64,000 nt of DNA from Octopus vulgaris (lineage: Eukaryota), in contig OX597835.1 in assembly GCA_951406725.2 (NCBI GenBank), positions 44,826,001-44,890,000 on the forward strand. The letters run 5' to 3'. This document shows positions 1-13,539 of the stretch, piece after piece (position 1 is the first letter of the stretch; every line of letters starts with the position of its first letter). The notes below the pieces were generated by a model. That model did no database searches. It was not told where the DNA came from and saw only the letters and a list, made by a program, of their open reading frames with translations. The translations under genes and the position numbers were made by a program.

Positions 1-319
1 ACGCGTATGTGGTTAACGACAGGCGTGTGGATTCGTTATTTTTTCCCTATACCTACGTAAAATAAGAGTATTGCTGTCTGGGAGATATCGTATGGTTGAG
101 GAATATTATCTTAAATGCTATTTCTAATTCTGTATGTGGTGAAGCAATGTGCTGAGCTCCAATTATAATTATGCCTATGATTATAGAATTTTTGTATAAG
201 GTTACCGATAAAGGTTGTTTTAACACACCGAACTACTTGGTAAAATTATTAATTATTAATTACTTAATTTTACCCTTTATTATTATTGAAAGTATATATA
301 TATATATATATATATATAT

Positions 320-512
320 TACGGAAATGTACTTGCATAGCAAGTGATTTGATCTGAGATCGTGTGCTGAAACGAAAACAATTGCAGCGTAGAAGGTGTT
401 TGTAAGCCATTTAAGAAACACACAAAAGCCATTCGATTCACTTCAACATTTAAGTTTAATTTGTCAAAATATTTTCGTCGCTTTAAGACCGCGGCCTATT
501 CACTGACAAAAA
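320..512 (-). mobile_element. ~190 bp hammerhead-bearing dispersed repeat (Penelope pLTR/retrozyme-like), copy 1
   Basis: Aligns by eye along its full length with 39018-39210. Both copies start at TACGGARATGTACTTGCATAGCAAGTG next to a dinucleotide microsatellite and end at CACTGACAAAA. Confidence 0.75.
460..510 (-). ncRNA. Minimal type I hammerhead ribozyme motif, G3.U8 variant (slightly decayed)
   Basis: Minus strand: UUUGUCA GUGAAUA G GCCGC ggucuuaaa GCGAC GAAA AUAU UU UGACAAA. Helix I is 7 bp, helix II has one mismatch, helix III is palindromic AAUAUU. Confidence 0.6.
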
Positions 513-522
513 TACAAAAAAG

Positions 523-1174
523 ACAGATGATACAAAAGAAGGACAAGAAAGAACACGGACGGGTCATTTGAGGTTTTATTTCTTCAGTCGAGTTCCAGAT
601 TATCTTTGCAATTTGGGCTGGTTTTATTCGAGATTGCTCCAATCTGGTCAGCCCCAAGGAAAAACTAACCTAAGAGCATTAGATTTCTTGGAAGAAAGCA
701 GCGAATGTTTACGAAAACAAGGAAGGGAAAAAACGTAGAAATGGTACACAAAGACAAATGCAAATAACAGGACATTAACAACAGGTGTCTTTCGACTAAA
801 GACGAATTAAATTAAGCTGGCGTGTGTGGAAATGAAGCCTAACGACAGAGACATAGGAGATGACAGGCATGGGGAGGAATATAGATGTTGCACGGATGGT
901 AGTCGAACTAAGAAAGAAAGGTCAGGCTTGGCCGAAACCGGTCATGTGGAGAGAGATGAGAGACGAAGAGGCAGAGGGTTGGAAGAATTAGGGAGGGATG
1001 AGAGAAAGAAAAAGGAGAGAGTGAAGTGAAAGAGGAAGGAAGATGGGAATGAAGAGGAAACCAGAAATTGTGAGCGAGGGGAACAAAAGAAAGGAGAGTG
1101 GAAAGAACGAAGTATGTTTGAAGGGCCTGATAGAAAGAAAGAAAGAAAGAAAAATGAAAGAATAAGAGAATCGT

Positions 1175-1230
<56 letters not shown>

Positions 1231-1369
1231 CGTACTTACATATAAGAGACCAAAGTGTACGTACGTCAACATTTGAGCGAATTTGCAAAGATAATCTGGA
1301 ACTCGGGTTAGAAAGAAAACTTCGAATGACCCGTCCGTGTCTTTTCTTGTCCTCTTTTTTTATCGTCTG
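523..1369. repeat. Inverted ~90 bp arms (523-613 / 1280-1369) of an unclassified repeat flanking a purine-rich spacer
   Basis: TTGCAAAGATAATCTGGAACTCG...AATGACCCGTCCGTGT is present on + at ~1282-1340 and as reverse complement at ~553-611. Confidence 0.7.
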
Positions 1370-1444
1370 CCTTGATGTTTTGAGTTCTTGTCCCATGTTT
1401 AGTATTCCTTTTTATATATGTATGACGGCGCACGTACACGTTGA

Positions 1445-1485
<41 letters not shown>

Positions 1486-1486
1486 T

Positions 1487-1523
<37 letters not shown>

Positions 1524-1869
1524 GTATATATATATATACGTGCGTTAAATGACTCACTATACAATGTGGTCCTGTGTTTATTGTGATACAATTAGTCGTT
1601 CAATTTTCTTCCATTATACAACTGTTATATTATTTTCATATGCAACGAGACGACAACAATAACGAGACATTATGAGCAAAATATTTGCCGTCCCAATGCA
1701 GGAAAATCGACTGAGGACGAAGAGCGGACGAAATGCTTTCGAATTTGTCAGTTAATGAATTTGGAACACTGGGTACACTACAGCAGATGAGGAAAAAACA
1801 TAGATAAAGCACAAGAAGGAGCCATTCCATGAAATATCAGTCCAATATGAACGTTTCATTTGAATTTAG

Positions 1870-1887
1870 ACAACTACGACAACTGCA

Positions 1888-1929
<42 letters not shown>

Positions 1930-2065
1930 GATGAATATGATGATGATGATGAGGAGGAGGAGGATATAATGATAATAATATTGAAAATAATAATAATAAT
2001 AATAAAAAAAATAGTAGTAGTAGTAGTAATGATGATAACACAACGTAAGCAGCAACAGCAACGTC
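1870..2065. repeat. Compound trinucleotide microsatellite (ACT/GAT/AAT/AGT/AAC)
   Basis: Directly visible. Confidence 0.9.
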
Positions 2066-2569
2066 AACACATTATCGGATGTGAAAAGATATTATCATTT
2101 CAACCAGTTTCTTAATTACATAACCTAATTTAATTGCTTGATTAAAAGACGATAATCTTACCATGACAATCGCTATAATTATTTATTTATAATCTAAAAG
2201 GGTAAAAAAAACCCAAAAAAACATTAAACTATGTTACGAAATAAGGTTGCTGAAAATGAAGTTTTAGTATTTCTACATTTTCGGGAATGTGGAAAATGTA
2301 TTGCAAGTTTAGAACACGGAACTTTTTATTGAGAAGATTTCGATGAACAATTTCACTGAAATGCTTCAGCCGGAAGCACGATTTTATGGTAAATTACTGC
2401 TAATATACAACCTTGTTATAAGTGACGAGAAGTGAGGACAAGTGGAGATGCAGACATTCTGTTGATGTTTTGTGCATGATTTGTAGTGTGAAAACCAGAT
2501 AATAACATTTTAAACAAGCGAGAAACAAAGGCGCAACAGCGTGGAAGAAGCTAAATCTGCAGAGATAGA

Positions 2570-3429
2570 AAGATTATATGAATGTATATACGTATACACC
2601 TATATACATACATATATATATATATAAACAGAAACAGAGAGAGACCGAGGGAGAGAGAGGGAGAAGGGTGAAGAGTGTGTGAGAGGGGAGAGAGAAAGAC
2701 AGTGAATGGTGATAGGGATAGAAGAGGTTTCTTGAATGAAATAAGACCAATCGGGAATAGTCACCTCACTGCAAGCAACAATTTATCGGAGATTAACTCT
2801 AATATATGGCGTTTAATACTAATTTACATAAATGTTTAAATGCATATGTATATGTATATACGTAAACATGAAGAAGGGCACACAAATATATATATGCATA
2901 TATATATACATATATATATATATATATGTATATATATTATACACATATACATATATATACTTATATACATATATATATGTATACATATATATGTATATAT
3001 ATGTATATATACATACGTACATATACATATATACAAATAAAACTAGACATATAGATATGTTTATATATATATACACCTATATACATATAAATATATATAT
3101 ATATATATATGCATATAGGTATGTATATATATTTATATCTATATATATATTTATATGTACATCTATATACATATACATGCACATGTATATGTGTAGTTAT
3201 GTACATTTCATACACACACATTATGCACCATGATTTCCATAATCGTTTCATGTTGTGAACCGCACTTGAGTGGGAAGTATTACCGGGGGACAAATTTTAT
3301 CTTTCGATATATGTATATATATATGCGTGACATCTAAATGTAAACAGCGAAAACAAGCGTATAGTGTCGCACAAACAGACTTATGCACATAGCCACTCCC
3401 GCACAATCACGCGTCAATTTGTACCATTC

Positions 3430-3516
<87 letters not shown>

Positions 3517-3650
3517 TATATACATACATAGATACATGCATTTATATATATATATATATATAGGTGTATATATACACATGTATATGCATATACAAATATA
3601 TATATACATATACATATACATATGTATCTGTGTGTGATGTATATGTTTAT
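2570..3650. repeat. (TA)n/(CA)n/(GA)n low-complexity tracts
   Basis: Directly visible; source of spurious YI/HT ORFs. Confidence 0.9.
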
Positions 3651-3954
3651 GTGTCCTTTTAAACAATGAAAAATTGGAACGCCCACCAAAACCATGATAA
3701 TCTTTGAATTAAGCTGGGTAAATAAGATTTATCGAAGTTAAACAATCGTTACTTAATTATTCATTAATGTTTATCAAATGTTTTGTTAGTGAAAGTTCAA
3801 TGGAAGTGACATGATAATGTGAACTCATTTCTTTTCTAATGTCGTTCATATATTTGTCGGTGATGTACGTACGATACAGAAAATGGCGGAAGAATAAAAT
3901 CAGCGAACGCTATGTTCCATCAAATCATGACCTTGTTTTTTGTACAAAGAGAGC

Positions 3955-4737
3955 AATTACAAATGAGAGGTTAGTCGATCCCATCGTTCTCATTACCACA
4001 GCGGCACGGTATTTTATGAACCCATGAAAAATCAAAATCGACACCTACGGAAATTGAACTCAGTAACTAATGCATCAAAAGAAGTACATCAAGGTATTTT
4101 GTCTGACACTTTAGCGGTACTCGTTTTTTTTCTGTAGGCACAAGTCCCGAAATTTTGGGGGAAGGTGTCAATCGATTAGATTGACCCCAGTACGTAACTG
4201 GTACTTAATTTATCGACCACGGAAGGATGAAAGGCAAAATTAACCTCGGTGGAATTTGAAGTCAGAACGTAATGATTGACGAAATACCGTAAAGCATTGC
4301 GCCCGGCATACTAACGTTTCTTATTTCTTTATTGCCCACAAGGGGCTAAACGTAGAGGGGACAAACATGGACAGACAAAGGGATTGAGTTGATTACATCG
4401 ACCACGGTACGTGAATTGTACTTATTTAATCGACCCCGGAAGGATGAAAGGCTAAATCGACCTCATCGGAATTTGAACTCAGAACGTAACGGCAAGCGGA
4501 ATACCTATGTCTTTACTACCCACAAGGGGCTAAACACAGAGGGGACAAACAACGACAGACAAACGGATTAAGTCGATTACATCGACCCCAGTGTATCACT
4601 GGTACTTAATTTATCGACTCCGAAATGATGAAAGGCAAAGTCGACCTCGGCGGAATTTGAACTCAGAACGTAACGGCAGACGAAATACCTCTAAGCATTT
4701 CGCCCGGCGTGCTAATGTTTCTGCCGGCTCGCCGCCT
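3955..4737 (-). mobile_element. Cluster of 3-4 tandem SINE copies (family D, Nin-domain-like core)
   Basis: Repeated CTGGTACTTAATTTATCGACCCCGAAAGGATGAAAGGCAAAGTCGACCTCGGCGGAATTTGAACTCAGAACG. The tRNA-like B-box (GTTCAAATTCC on minus) and head GGCGGCGAGC end at ~4737. Confidence 0.85.
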
Positions 4738-4879
4738 CACGACACACTAGTGAAACTGACGTCGCATACAATCGCTAAGGTCGATGTCTTTTCATCGAGA
4801 GCCTAAATATTTGAAGAAAACTTTTTTTTAATCCGAGATGTAAAGAAACTTTTTTATAATAGTAGATGCAGTTTTCTGG

Positions 4880-5290
4880 TCTAATCATATAATAGAATTT
4901 CTCCTGTGGATCGTCGTTTCAATACGCTACGAGGTGCGAAATAATGGGATAATAATTTCGACATTTGACCACAAATTCGGATATCTGAGAAAATACCCAT
5001 ACTTATCCACATGGCTTTATGACCTTTTTCTTTGGCATTTTGGCTTCAGAATTATACCGCAACTGAGAAGGTGTTCAACGATGTTTGGATTCGGCACGCA
5101 ATCCTCATGAATAAGGAAATGGATCAAATATCCAATCGGGATATCTATGTTAATGATGTCCAGAAATCGTGATTCAAAGTTATTTGAAGCAATATTGAAA
5201 TGATTGCTGCAAAGGCACGCAACAAATGTCTAAAATTTCCTCTATAACACCAACCGGTTGTGCAAAATAATGCAAACCCTTCCGTAGGAC
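4880..5290 (-). pseudogene. Decayed hAT (Buster/Charlie-like) transposase C-terminal fragment
   Basis: Minus-strand translation fragments FESRFLDIINIDIP..WIFDPF and RYPNLWSNVEIIIPLFRTS resemble the RFxDxxxxxIPxWIxxPF and YPxLW...FPTSY motifs; frameshifts and stops are present. Confidence 0.5.
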
Positions 5291-5349
5291 ATGGCTATGG
5301 TTAAAGTGACCTTTTTCTCAAATAAAACAAGTAAAAAGGTGACAAGGTG

Positions 5350-5650
5350 CAAGAGTCGATAGAACCTTGGTAAAATGTCTCTTATAATATTATTCCGTCT
5401 ACTTACTTTCTGAATTCAAATCCAACAGAGGTTAACATTACCTGTAATTGCTCCTGGTCCAATAAACTAAAGTATGTCATGTACTGGCATTAATGGGGGT
5501 ACAATAATCCTTTCGTTCACAAATTTCTTGCTTGTGGTTACATCAGATATTAAATGCTCTGCTTTATGTTTCAGTTTCTGCCAATCTGAGTTCAAATTCA
5601 GCGACGCCGACTTTGCCTTTCATATTTTCAGACGACAAAACAAAATCCCT
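5350..5650 (+). mobile_element. Two old, degenerate family D SINE fragments
   Basis: TTCTGAATTCAAATCC..GAGGTTAAC and TCTGAGTTCAAATTC..GCCGACTTTGCCTTTCAT match the family D core in sense orientation. Confidence 0.55.
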
Positions 5651-6199
5651 TTCAAATAATGGGGTCGACAACATCGACAATCACAATTCATAACATTGTG
5701 CCTGTATCAGAAAAATATTGAGAGAACTCTTGATATGATTAGCATCAATAAAGATAAACTTCTTTCCTTTATACGGCAGATGGAATTAATTAAAAATATA
5801 GAAAGATATCTCTCACGTACAAAACATCCCTTTTAACCTTGGTTTTAAATTTCACTCTAAAGAAAGTTAAAACATTGTAAAAGAATTTAGCCTAGACATA
5901 TGCCTCGTTAAGATCCATCTAATGAAGGTTTAATGTTTTAAATTCTTTCCCATCGGCGCCTCATCATTGAAATTTTAATCGCATTGTTCGTCTTTGCTGG
6001 AAAATGCCAGAATGTGTTGTGTTGTTTGCCACGAATTGTTGTCAATGGATTCGGCAGAGAAACGCAGTGCGTTATGAGGCTTCACATGGACAAGCAAACA
6101 AAAAGCTGAAACCGCTGCACAACAAATTTTTGGAAAATTGTGTAGAGTAGATATAGAAAGTGATATATAATCGTGAGCAACGTAACAAGAAACGAAAGA

Positions 6200-6420
6200 A
6201 AGAACTCCCACATTTCACAAATTTGTTATTCGCTCGTAGCTTAGTTAAATGCTGACGATGTCTGCATGTAACCATAACTGCATGGATTCTCTTCTCTATT
6301 TCTCTTATTGTTTCTCCTATGGCACACACATTACATTTCCTTTGTACGCGAAGCAATTTTTGCCTCTCCTTCCATAAAACCGCATTTTATTTGTTTTCAT
6401 TTCATGTAAAACAAATCACA
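6200..6420 (-). pseudogene. Possible Penelope-like GIY-YIG endonuclease relic
   Basis: ORF 6072-6356 contains CNVCAIGETIREIEKRIH, similar to CxxxYIGETxRxLxxRxxEH of PLE GIY-YIG domains. Confidence 0.4.
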
Positions 6421-8639
6421 TTTGCTTTTGAAATACATAATTTTGTTCTTAGAATATTCGCTTCGCCAATGATGCCGGGAGTGTTCTTTAAAACTCACGA
6501 AGAATATATTCTTCATCTGCAGATGTAGAGGATATCCTCTTCTTGTTAATTATTACAGTAAAGCATCCGTATATTATATTTAAATATCTTACAGATGCTA
6601 TCCATATATTGTATTTAGATATCTTACCTAAACTATTATTAATGCAATACAATGAAAAACCGTAGGCTGATTGTGTATGGAGAAAAAACTTCCGTTTACG
6701 AAATATTTAACCAATATTGCAATATTTCATTGATCTCTCCCACTCTGACTGTTTCAGCAAAACAGGTCACTTGCTCATAGTGCCAGCTCAGGTCGCTAAA
6801 AACTATGGTAAATACACAGTAATTACACACACATACATGTATCGTATAACTACATATCTTATGTAGGTGTATTCGTCATATTCGATGACTGTGGCCAGCG
6901 TATCTTGGTATGTATTCAGTTCATATTTAGGTCTAGATTGGTACGATATACAATATATGCGTTAACTAACTAAATAATAATTAACAGGAATAGGATATAT
7001 CTGGTACCCGCAAATGTAGACTAGATTCTTCAAGAAGTTCGAAGAACAATCCCGACATCATTGTTTTTATGTTGGCGATGGATGTATTCTAACAACAAAA
7101 GTTAACTTCGATAACTTTTTTTACAGACAACCTCATAATATCTTTCTAGTGGAACAATTGACTTTCTTTCAGTTGCCATGTATTTATTCATAAAGTATAA
7201 CCCTTAGGAGGAGAATTATATAGGCCTTCTTGTTCTGCGAACTTGTTTAAAATCAGATACAACTAACATATGCATTCACTTGAGACGAAGGTTTACAAAA
7301 TTCCAATTGAATGTTTTCTATAAGTTTCTATATCATGGATGGTGTAAAATTAGATGAAGCAGCGCAAATTAAATTTAAAAAAAAGAAAGAGTACAAAAGC
7401 AGAGGAAGCTACCATTGTAGGTGACAAGGTGATTCGATATGTTATATCAAAGGAAAATAAGAGAACCATTCCTATTGGACACATTTCAAACCGAAATAAC
7501 GAAATCGGCAAACATATATTTGTGCGCATATGTATTTCTATAGATACACATATACTCTCATCCACACGGACGAATATTTAAGCATGGATATATCTATGTT
7601 CTATATACATCAGCACACGGATACACACAAATACACGCATACATATATATCCATATATAACTGCGCTTACAGAAATGATAAAATTATGTTTGTACACACA
7701 GACACACACACATACGTGTATATATAACTATATCTATCTATATATATTTATATATACGTATACATATACGTATATGTGTGCGTCTGTGCGTGCGTGTGTG
7801 AGTGTGTGTATGTGTCTATGCGTGTGCGTGTGTGTGTGTGTGTCTATGTGTGTGTATAAATTTATATATGTATATATAAACATATATACATATATATGTA
7901 TCTATATATATATGCGTATATATATATGTGTGTTTGTGTGTGTATGTATGTATGTGTGTGTATGTATGTATGTGTGTGTGTGTATATACACGTAAATATA
8001 CGTAATAATATTTACACCAGATCTTGATATCAACCCAAACATACGCCTAAATATACACAAACAAATGCATAAACATCGAGCAATTGAAATATATTTTCTA
8101 TGAGTATCTGGGAGGGAGTGTTTTGGTCTGAGTTGTGTCGCAGATCCATTTATTTCAATGGCATCAAAACAACCAAAGCCTCGTAGCATTGAATTTTTAC
8201 AGACAAACAACATAGATCAGTTTCATAATATTATCTCTGGTGAATTCTGAAATGTGGAGAATATTTTCTTTGATGCCGCTATTTATTTTCCTTACAACAA
8301 CCTCCGTCTATATGAATAACAATTATTCTGTTTTCTATTTAATTGTCTGGCAGGCTAGATGGCTCGTTCATGTAAATCACAACTTGGAGATTCTATCATT
8401 ATCTATGTATCTTACCTTACAATATTTTGAAGTGATTTTGTTTCCTCCATCTCTCCTCCTATTTCAAAATTCTATGATTTTCTCTATCTCACTTCTCTCT
8501 CTCTCTCTGTCACCCTTTTCCCCTCCCTCTCTCTCTCAGTCAGTCGTTATATTATCTTATGTAAGAATGTATGTATTATCAATAGATCAGACTTTTGCAA
8601 AAAAATCATGACGATGTCTTTCCGCTGTGCAGTAAACGA

Positions 8640-9612
8640 GAGAGCTCAGTAAGGTCATAAAAAGCTGTAACTATTATGATTATCACGGTCGGGTTCCAAC
8701 CCGGGCCACAGCAGTGATGATAGACCGAGAAGTGTGACAGGTGGACGCACCAAAATTCTTGGTCCATCATCACGGTTTCTCGGTCCTAGATACATTCCAG
8801 GAAAAGGTCTGCGACCAAGTTATCGATGTAAGCGTAACGAAGTACGCTTCTGCTTACATCATCATGAAGAGGGTTCCACAAGATTAATTTTGATGCCTCC
8901 AAGTTCAGGTGGCGCCCTCTTTCACCAGATACTCGCTACCGTCTTTGCCTCTTTGCCTAATATTCTCGCTAACTTTTGGCTGCTCTCCATAAACGCATTC
9001 ATTTGTCATATATTGCTGTCATTTCACATTTAGTTACATTCGCAGTATCCTTGAGTAGCATCCATTTAACCTGTTTGATAATTTCTTTGTCAGCGTCCAT
9101 GTTTCACTGTCATATAATAATAGCACTGATTTGACAGTTGCAATGAACAGTTTGGTTTTGATTTGCCTGGAAATTTTGGAGTTTCAGATCTTTAGTTTGT
9201 GACAATCAGTCCATGTTTGTGCCTACCTGATCTTCATGTCTGCTTCCGAACTGCTCACCAAACCACTCAAGTATTTGAAGTCTTCAGCAACATCCAATTT
9301 GGAACCGCAGAACCGAAATAATTCAGCATCACACAATTCGTTGAAATACATACATTCCATTTTTTGGACATTTTTGAGCTGTCCAAGTATAGCAGTTGTG
9401 TCCACTCTCTGCTGAGCAGCACTTATGCTTGATCTGTTTCATTAGATGAGTGTTATATCATCTACGAAGTCTGGATCTGCGATTCTTACTGTTGCTATTC
9501 TCTGCGGTCTTTGCCAGTTTATGGTGAAACCAAGACCTTCCTCACTGTTGCACACAACCTGCCGAATTCCATAATCTAATACAAGTGCAAACAGGTAAGG
9601 TGCAATTCTGAC
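8640..9612 (-). mobile_element. 5'-truncated RTE-clade LINE (RT C-terminal half), pseudogenised
   Basis: IAPYLFALVLDYGIRQ...GLGFTI..QRPQRIATVRIADPDFVDDITLI (FADD motif), then EDFKYLSG and KTKLFIATVKSVLLY, with frameshifts. Confidence 0.85.
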
Positions 9613-9791
9613 TACTTCTAGTCCTCCAACTAGTACTTGAGAGTGCTGTAACAAATTTGAGCGAATAACGTGGAGCAAATAATGTGGAAACAAAGACACA
9701 AATAGAGTCAATTCAATGCACGCGCGCACACACGCACACACGCACACATACACACATACACACACAAACACACATACACACACACACACAT

Positions 9792-12262
9792 TAGGATGTC
9801 GATTTTGATAATTTACTAAAAATCTAATTTGGTAGTGAAATTATTGTGCCTTTTTACTCCCAGACTTGAGATATATATATATACCGAAATGGATTAAAAT
9901 GACTGTAAACGAAATCAATTCTCACCTAAATTTTGAATATGGTGTTATTTTGAAAGAATAACTGAACATTTATATGAAATACTGATTAGACTCTTAAATG
10001 GTTAAATGAATTTGTGAAATGAATGTTTACTATTTGCAGATATTCACAAGATGTAAACGCTGAAGACTAGAGGCCAGATATCATTCCACTTGAACCTGTT
10101 AATTGGTACAGGGAAAGAGTTTCCAACAGTGAGAGATAGTTTTAAGACTTGGGTTACTACTTCAGGAACAAGATTCCAAAGACAGAAGGAACTCATACAT
10201 TATATAATTTCCCATCATCTGCGCCAGTGGGCAAAAGCTAATGCACAACTCAAACCACCAGTGATCAAATAGTATCGAACAATTGAACTAAAACCAATGG
10301 GATTGTGCCAGAAAGCAGTACACACTTGACCCGGTAAAAGAAACTTGGCAATGAAAAATGCTTTTTCTACACTCACTTGGTACACTGTTCGAGATTTTGA
10401 GCTGCAAGTGTTCTACAATTTTGTGTTCAAAAGAGGATTGTTCTTCCATTGGTAAGAGAGGAAATCATTCCCACATTGACTGTTGTTGCCCTCCTGAAAA
10501 GAAGATGCTTTTTCTAGAGTTAGATTTCATAAGCTAACAGAAGAGGAAAGCAGGAGGCCAAGGCCGTATGTAAATGGGCTCAACTCATTATAAAGAAAGT
10601 AAGAGACAAATTTCAATGGAAAAAAGGAAAGGGATTGTCAAAGAGAGGGAAGAAGAGAAGAGAATAAAAAGTGAAATCATGCAAAGAGAAGAACAGCGCT
10701 GACATGATGTTTATCAGTTGTTTAATAATCCTTTTGAAGAAAATGAAGTAATTTCAGATGGAAATTCTAAAGAAAGAAAACACAATACAAGAGGCATTTC
10801 AAACATTCGTCACCATACTGGACTCCGTGAGGCTGCTGTAATTGCAGCTGCCGCTTGGATAGATGTAGCCCTCATCAGTGAAGGGGATTCATCGTTGGTT
10901 ATAGACCATATACTTAGAAGAGGGCAGGAAAAATTAATGAGTGAGATATCTGATCAGCGAGACAAAAAAATGAAAAGGAAGTCTCTCCTGTCTTTTGTTT
11001 GATGGAAGAATAGATGAACCCAAATGGCTGAAGTAGATGGAATTTCCAAAACATGTCCAAGTCTAAGCAAGGAAGAGCACAACAGTTATTTGGATTGTAT
11101 GTGATTTGCATACAGGTGAGCCATTTCATCATCACCTCAACAAGAAATTGATGGTATTATAAAAAGTAGTAAGTGGTCAGGTCCATTCCAAACTTTCCAA
11201 AGATTGATATAGGCCCTCCTATTCCAGTGTTGCCAGAAGAAATTGTCAAAGACCTCTGCAAAGATCAGTCCTATGCTTATCACATTGCTCAGGCAATAAG
11301 ATCAGGTGAAGTATCTCAATCGTTAGCTCCCTTGGAGATTGGATCCGCTAGTCACAGCCGTTGGTTAACTACAGCTATGTGCTTCTGCAGGGTTTGGCAT
11401 TCCAGACACCAATTAAAGGGAAAGGCTCTGATGAATTTGAGACGATTTCTTGAATTCATAGTTGCAGTCTAACTTCCCAACTGATTTAATATTAAGCTCA
11501 ATCCAAAATGTGTGATGGTCCCAACCACCTTTCGTTTCAATTGCAACTTGTAAGAACCCAAAATAAGTGATGGATATCGTGTTACCTGTGGTAAGAAGGT
11601 CTGCATGCTATTCTCGATCAGAAGCAGTATTGCAAGAAACGCTTTCCAGCCAATGTTCAAATCTTCGTACTGAGGCTATTAGAAACCGTTCTAAGGATTA
11701 GAGGTATCCTGTTTGAAGAGGACCAGTTTGAGACTGCTCATTTAGTCAAAGAAAAGTTGTTCAATTAAATGCCAATGCCACCAAGCTGTCTGAGTTCTGA
11801 GGCCTTGGAACCACTATTGACAACATCTTTAGCTAGTAACAATCTCAAAAGCTTTAAAGACACCAATGATCGTACACAAATAGCCATCACACACACACAA
11901 AGTGTTGAGAGGTGTGGTAAAATGGCCACTGAAGCTAGGAGTCCTGCTTACAGTCACGAGAGGCGAGAGGGTTACATCAAAGCACAAGCAGTCAACCGGA
12001 AACTGATGAAAAGAAACAACAGCAAGATGGAATGTATTATAGTATAAATGAAATTTGAAACAGAACGGTGCTGGCAAAAACTAATTATTGTCAAAAGTTT
12101 CAAAACATATCAGTTTCAAGCCCTTATTGGTGAGTTAGGAGTTATTTAGAATTGGTTTTGTTTGCAGAATTTTGTTTTATATGCTAAAAGCCAACAATAA
12201 ATTACTACCAATATTAAAGATTATGAGTTTTCCTATTTACTCCCCAAAACTGACACACCCTA
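9792..12262 (+). mobile_element. Near full-length decayed hAT-superfamily (hATm-like) DNA transposon
   Basis: Imperfect TIRs TAGGATGTC.. / ..GACACACCCTA; flanking 8-mers ACACACAT / ACACACAC in a (CA)n tract; transposase motifs FDGRID, HSRWLTTA, HTQSVERCGKMATEA. Confidence 0.8.
10050..12047 (+). pseudogene. Fragmented hATm-like transposase
   Basis: ORF pieces 10090-10272, 10718-11002, 11173-11472 and 11769-12047 are collinear parts of one transposase broken by stops and frameshifts. Confidence 0.8.
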
Positions 12263-12311
12263 ACACACACACACATCCATACATATATTTCATACATACG
12301 TATATATATGA

Positions 12312-12393
<82 letters not shown>

Positions 12394-13539
12394 AACACAC
12401 ATACACTTAAAGGCAGTCTTACCGTTTTAAGTGCAATGTACGTCATTGGGAAAATATTGTAGTTTCTCAAATATTATATTTGTTATTAGAAATAACGTGA
12501 AACAAAAAGGAGATGCCTCGGGGCTTCATTATTTCGAAGATATAAACCCCACTACGTACTGGAGAATAATATAACGTTACTGTAGAGGAAATAGAGAAGT
12601 GCGATGAGTATTGTATAGATTTGATTGGTCATTAGTTTGTATATATATAAATATTACTTTTAAACATGTTAAATGCCATGTCATGATCCATTGCTTGTTA
12701 GTCTTAATGAGACTAACAGTGACAATGAAATAGGAAGGACTAAATAAACAATGACAGTGTGGTTTGTGTTAAAAAGTATATAAACAAAACTAAAAAAATA
12801 TAACACTTATGCTTGTCATGTACACGAACGCAAATGCATTATTTTGTCCGGTTTTACCTGGAAAAAGCCTCAGTTGAATAAACCCTGCCACAGGTTACAC
12901 ATACATACACGAAAAATGGCGCCGGGGACGCGTCACCATAGCATTGGGGAAGCATGGGAAAGGCTTTCTTAACAGAAAAGTGGGGAAAATAAAGGATGTA
13001 AAAAATGTACAGCTCTACGTATTGCCATTAGAGTTCACAGAAAATTCTCATTAAAACATAAATGACTGGAGCAAAATTCATGTTCCATTTCTACACAATA
13101 ACAACAGATTTCAAAGAAGAAAGAATCTCTGCACGATTACACTGTTATAATATATTAATTAATAATTCTGTTTAGGTATGAGACTGAAGCTTATATCAAG
13201 GCAGTAATGTTCTTTTATTCTTTTACAGTTTTATCACTTTTACTTGGCTCTTGCCATATTGGAACAAAACTCTCAAGACTGTAATCAGGAGATATGGATC
13301 TCATCATACATTTCAACTGGGCATTTCCCCAATGCAAAATTAAATGATGTTAAACGTATGAAGTTCTATCAAAAACTTTCTGTCGAAGAAATAATATAAT
13401 GTAGATAAAATTTGAAAAACAATGAATATTATAAAAAAAGAGATTATTTAACGCACCAAATTTCTTAGTCAAAATGCTACATTAGAGAAAAACAAAATAC
13501 TATGAACACGAGTGTGGCCCTGTATGGATACGTACTGTT

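Noticed and set aside
905-945. GGTCA-GGCT-TGGCC GAAA CCGGTC hammerhead 3' half
   Set aside because: No NUGANNA core upstream and no helix I.
1636-1830. 64 aa ORF with signal-peptide-like N-terminus (MEWLLLVLYLCFFLICC)
   Set aside because: Short, no canonical donor site and no recognisable domain; hydrophobicity is expected from T-rich DNA.
4130-4737. CRISPR-like repeat array
   Set aside because: Units are ~190 bp SINE copies without unique spacers, in eukaryotic context with no cas genes.
12910-12935. AAAATGGCG YY1-like promoter motif
   Set aside because: Single short motif with no CpG island or downstream exon evidence.
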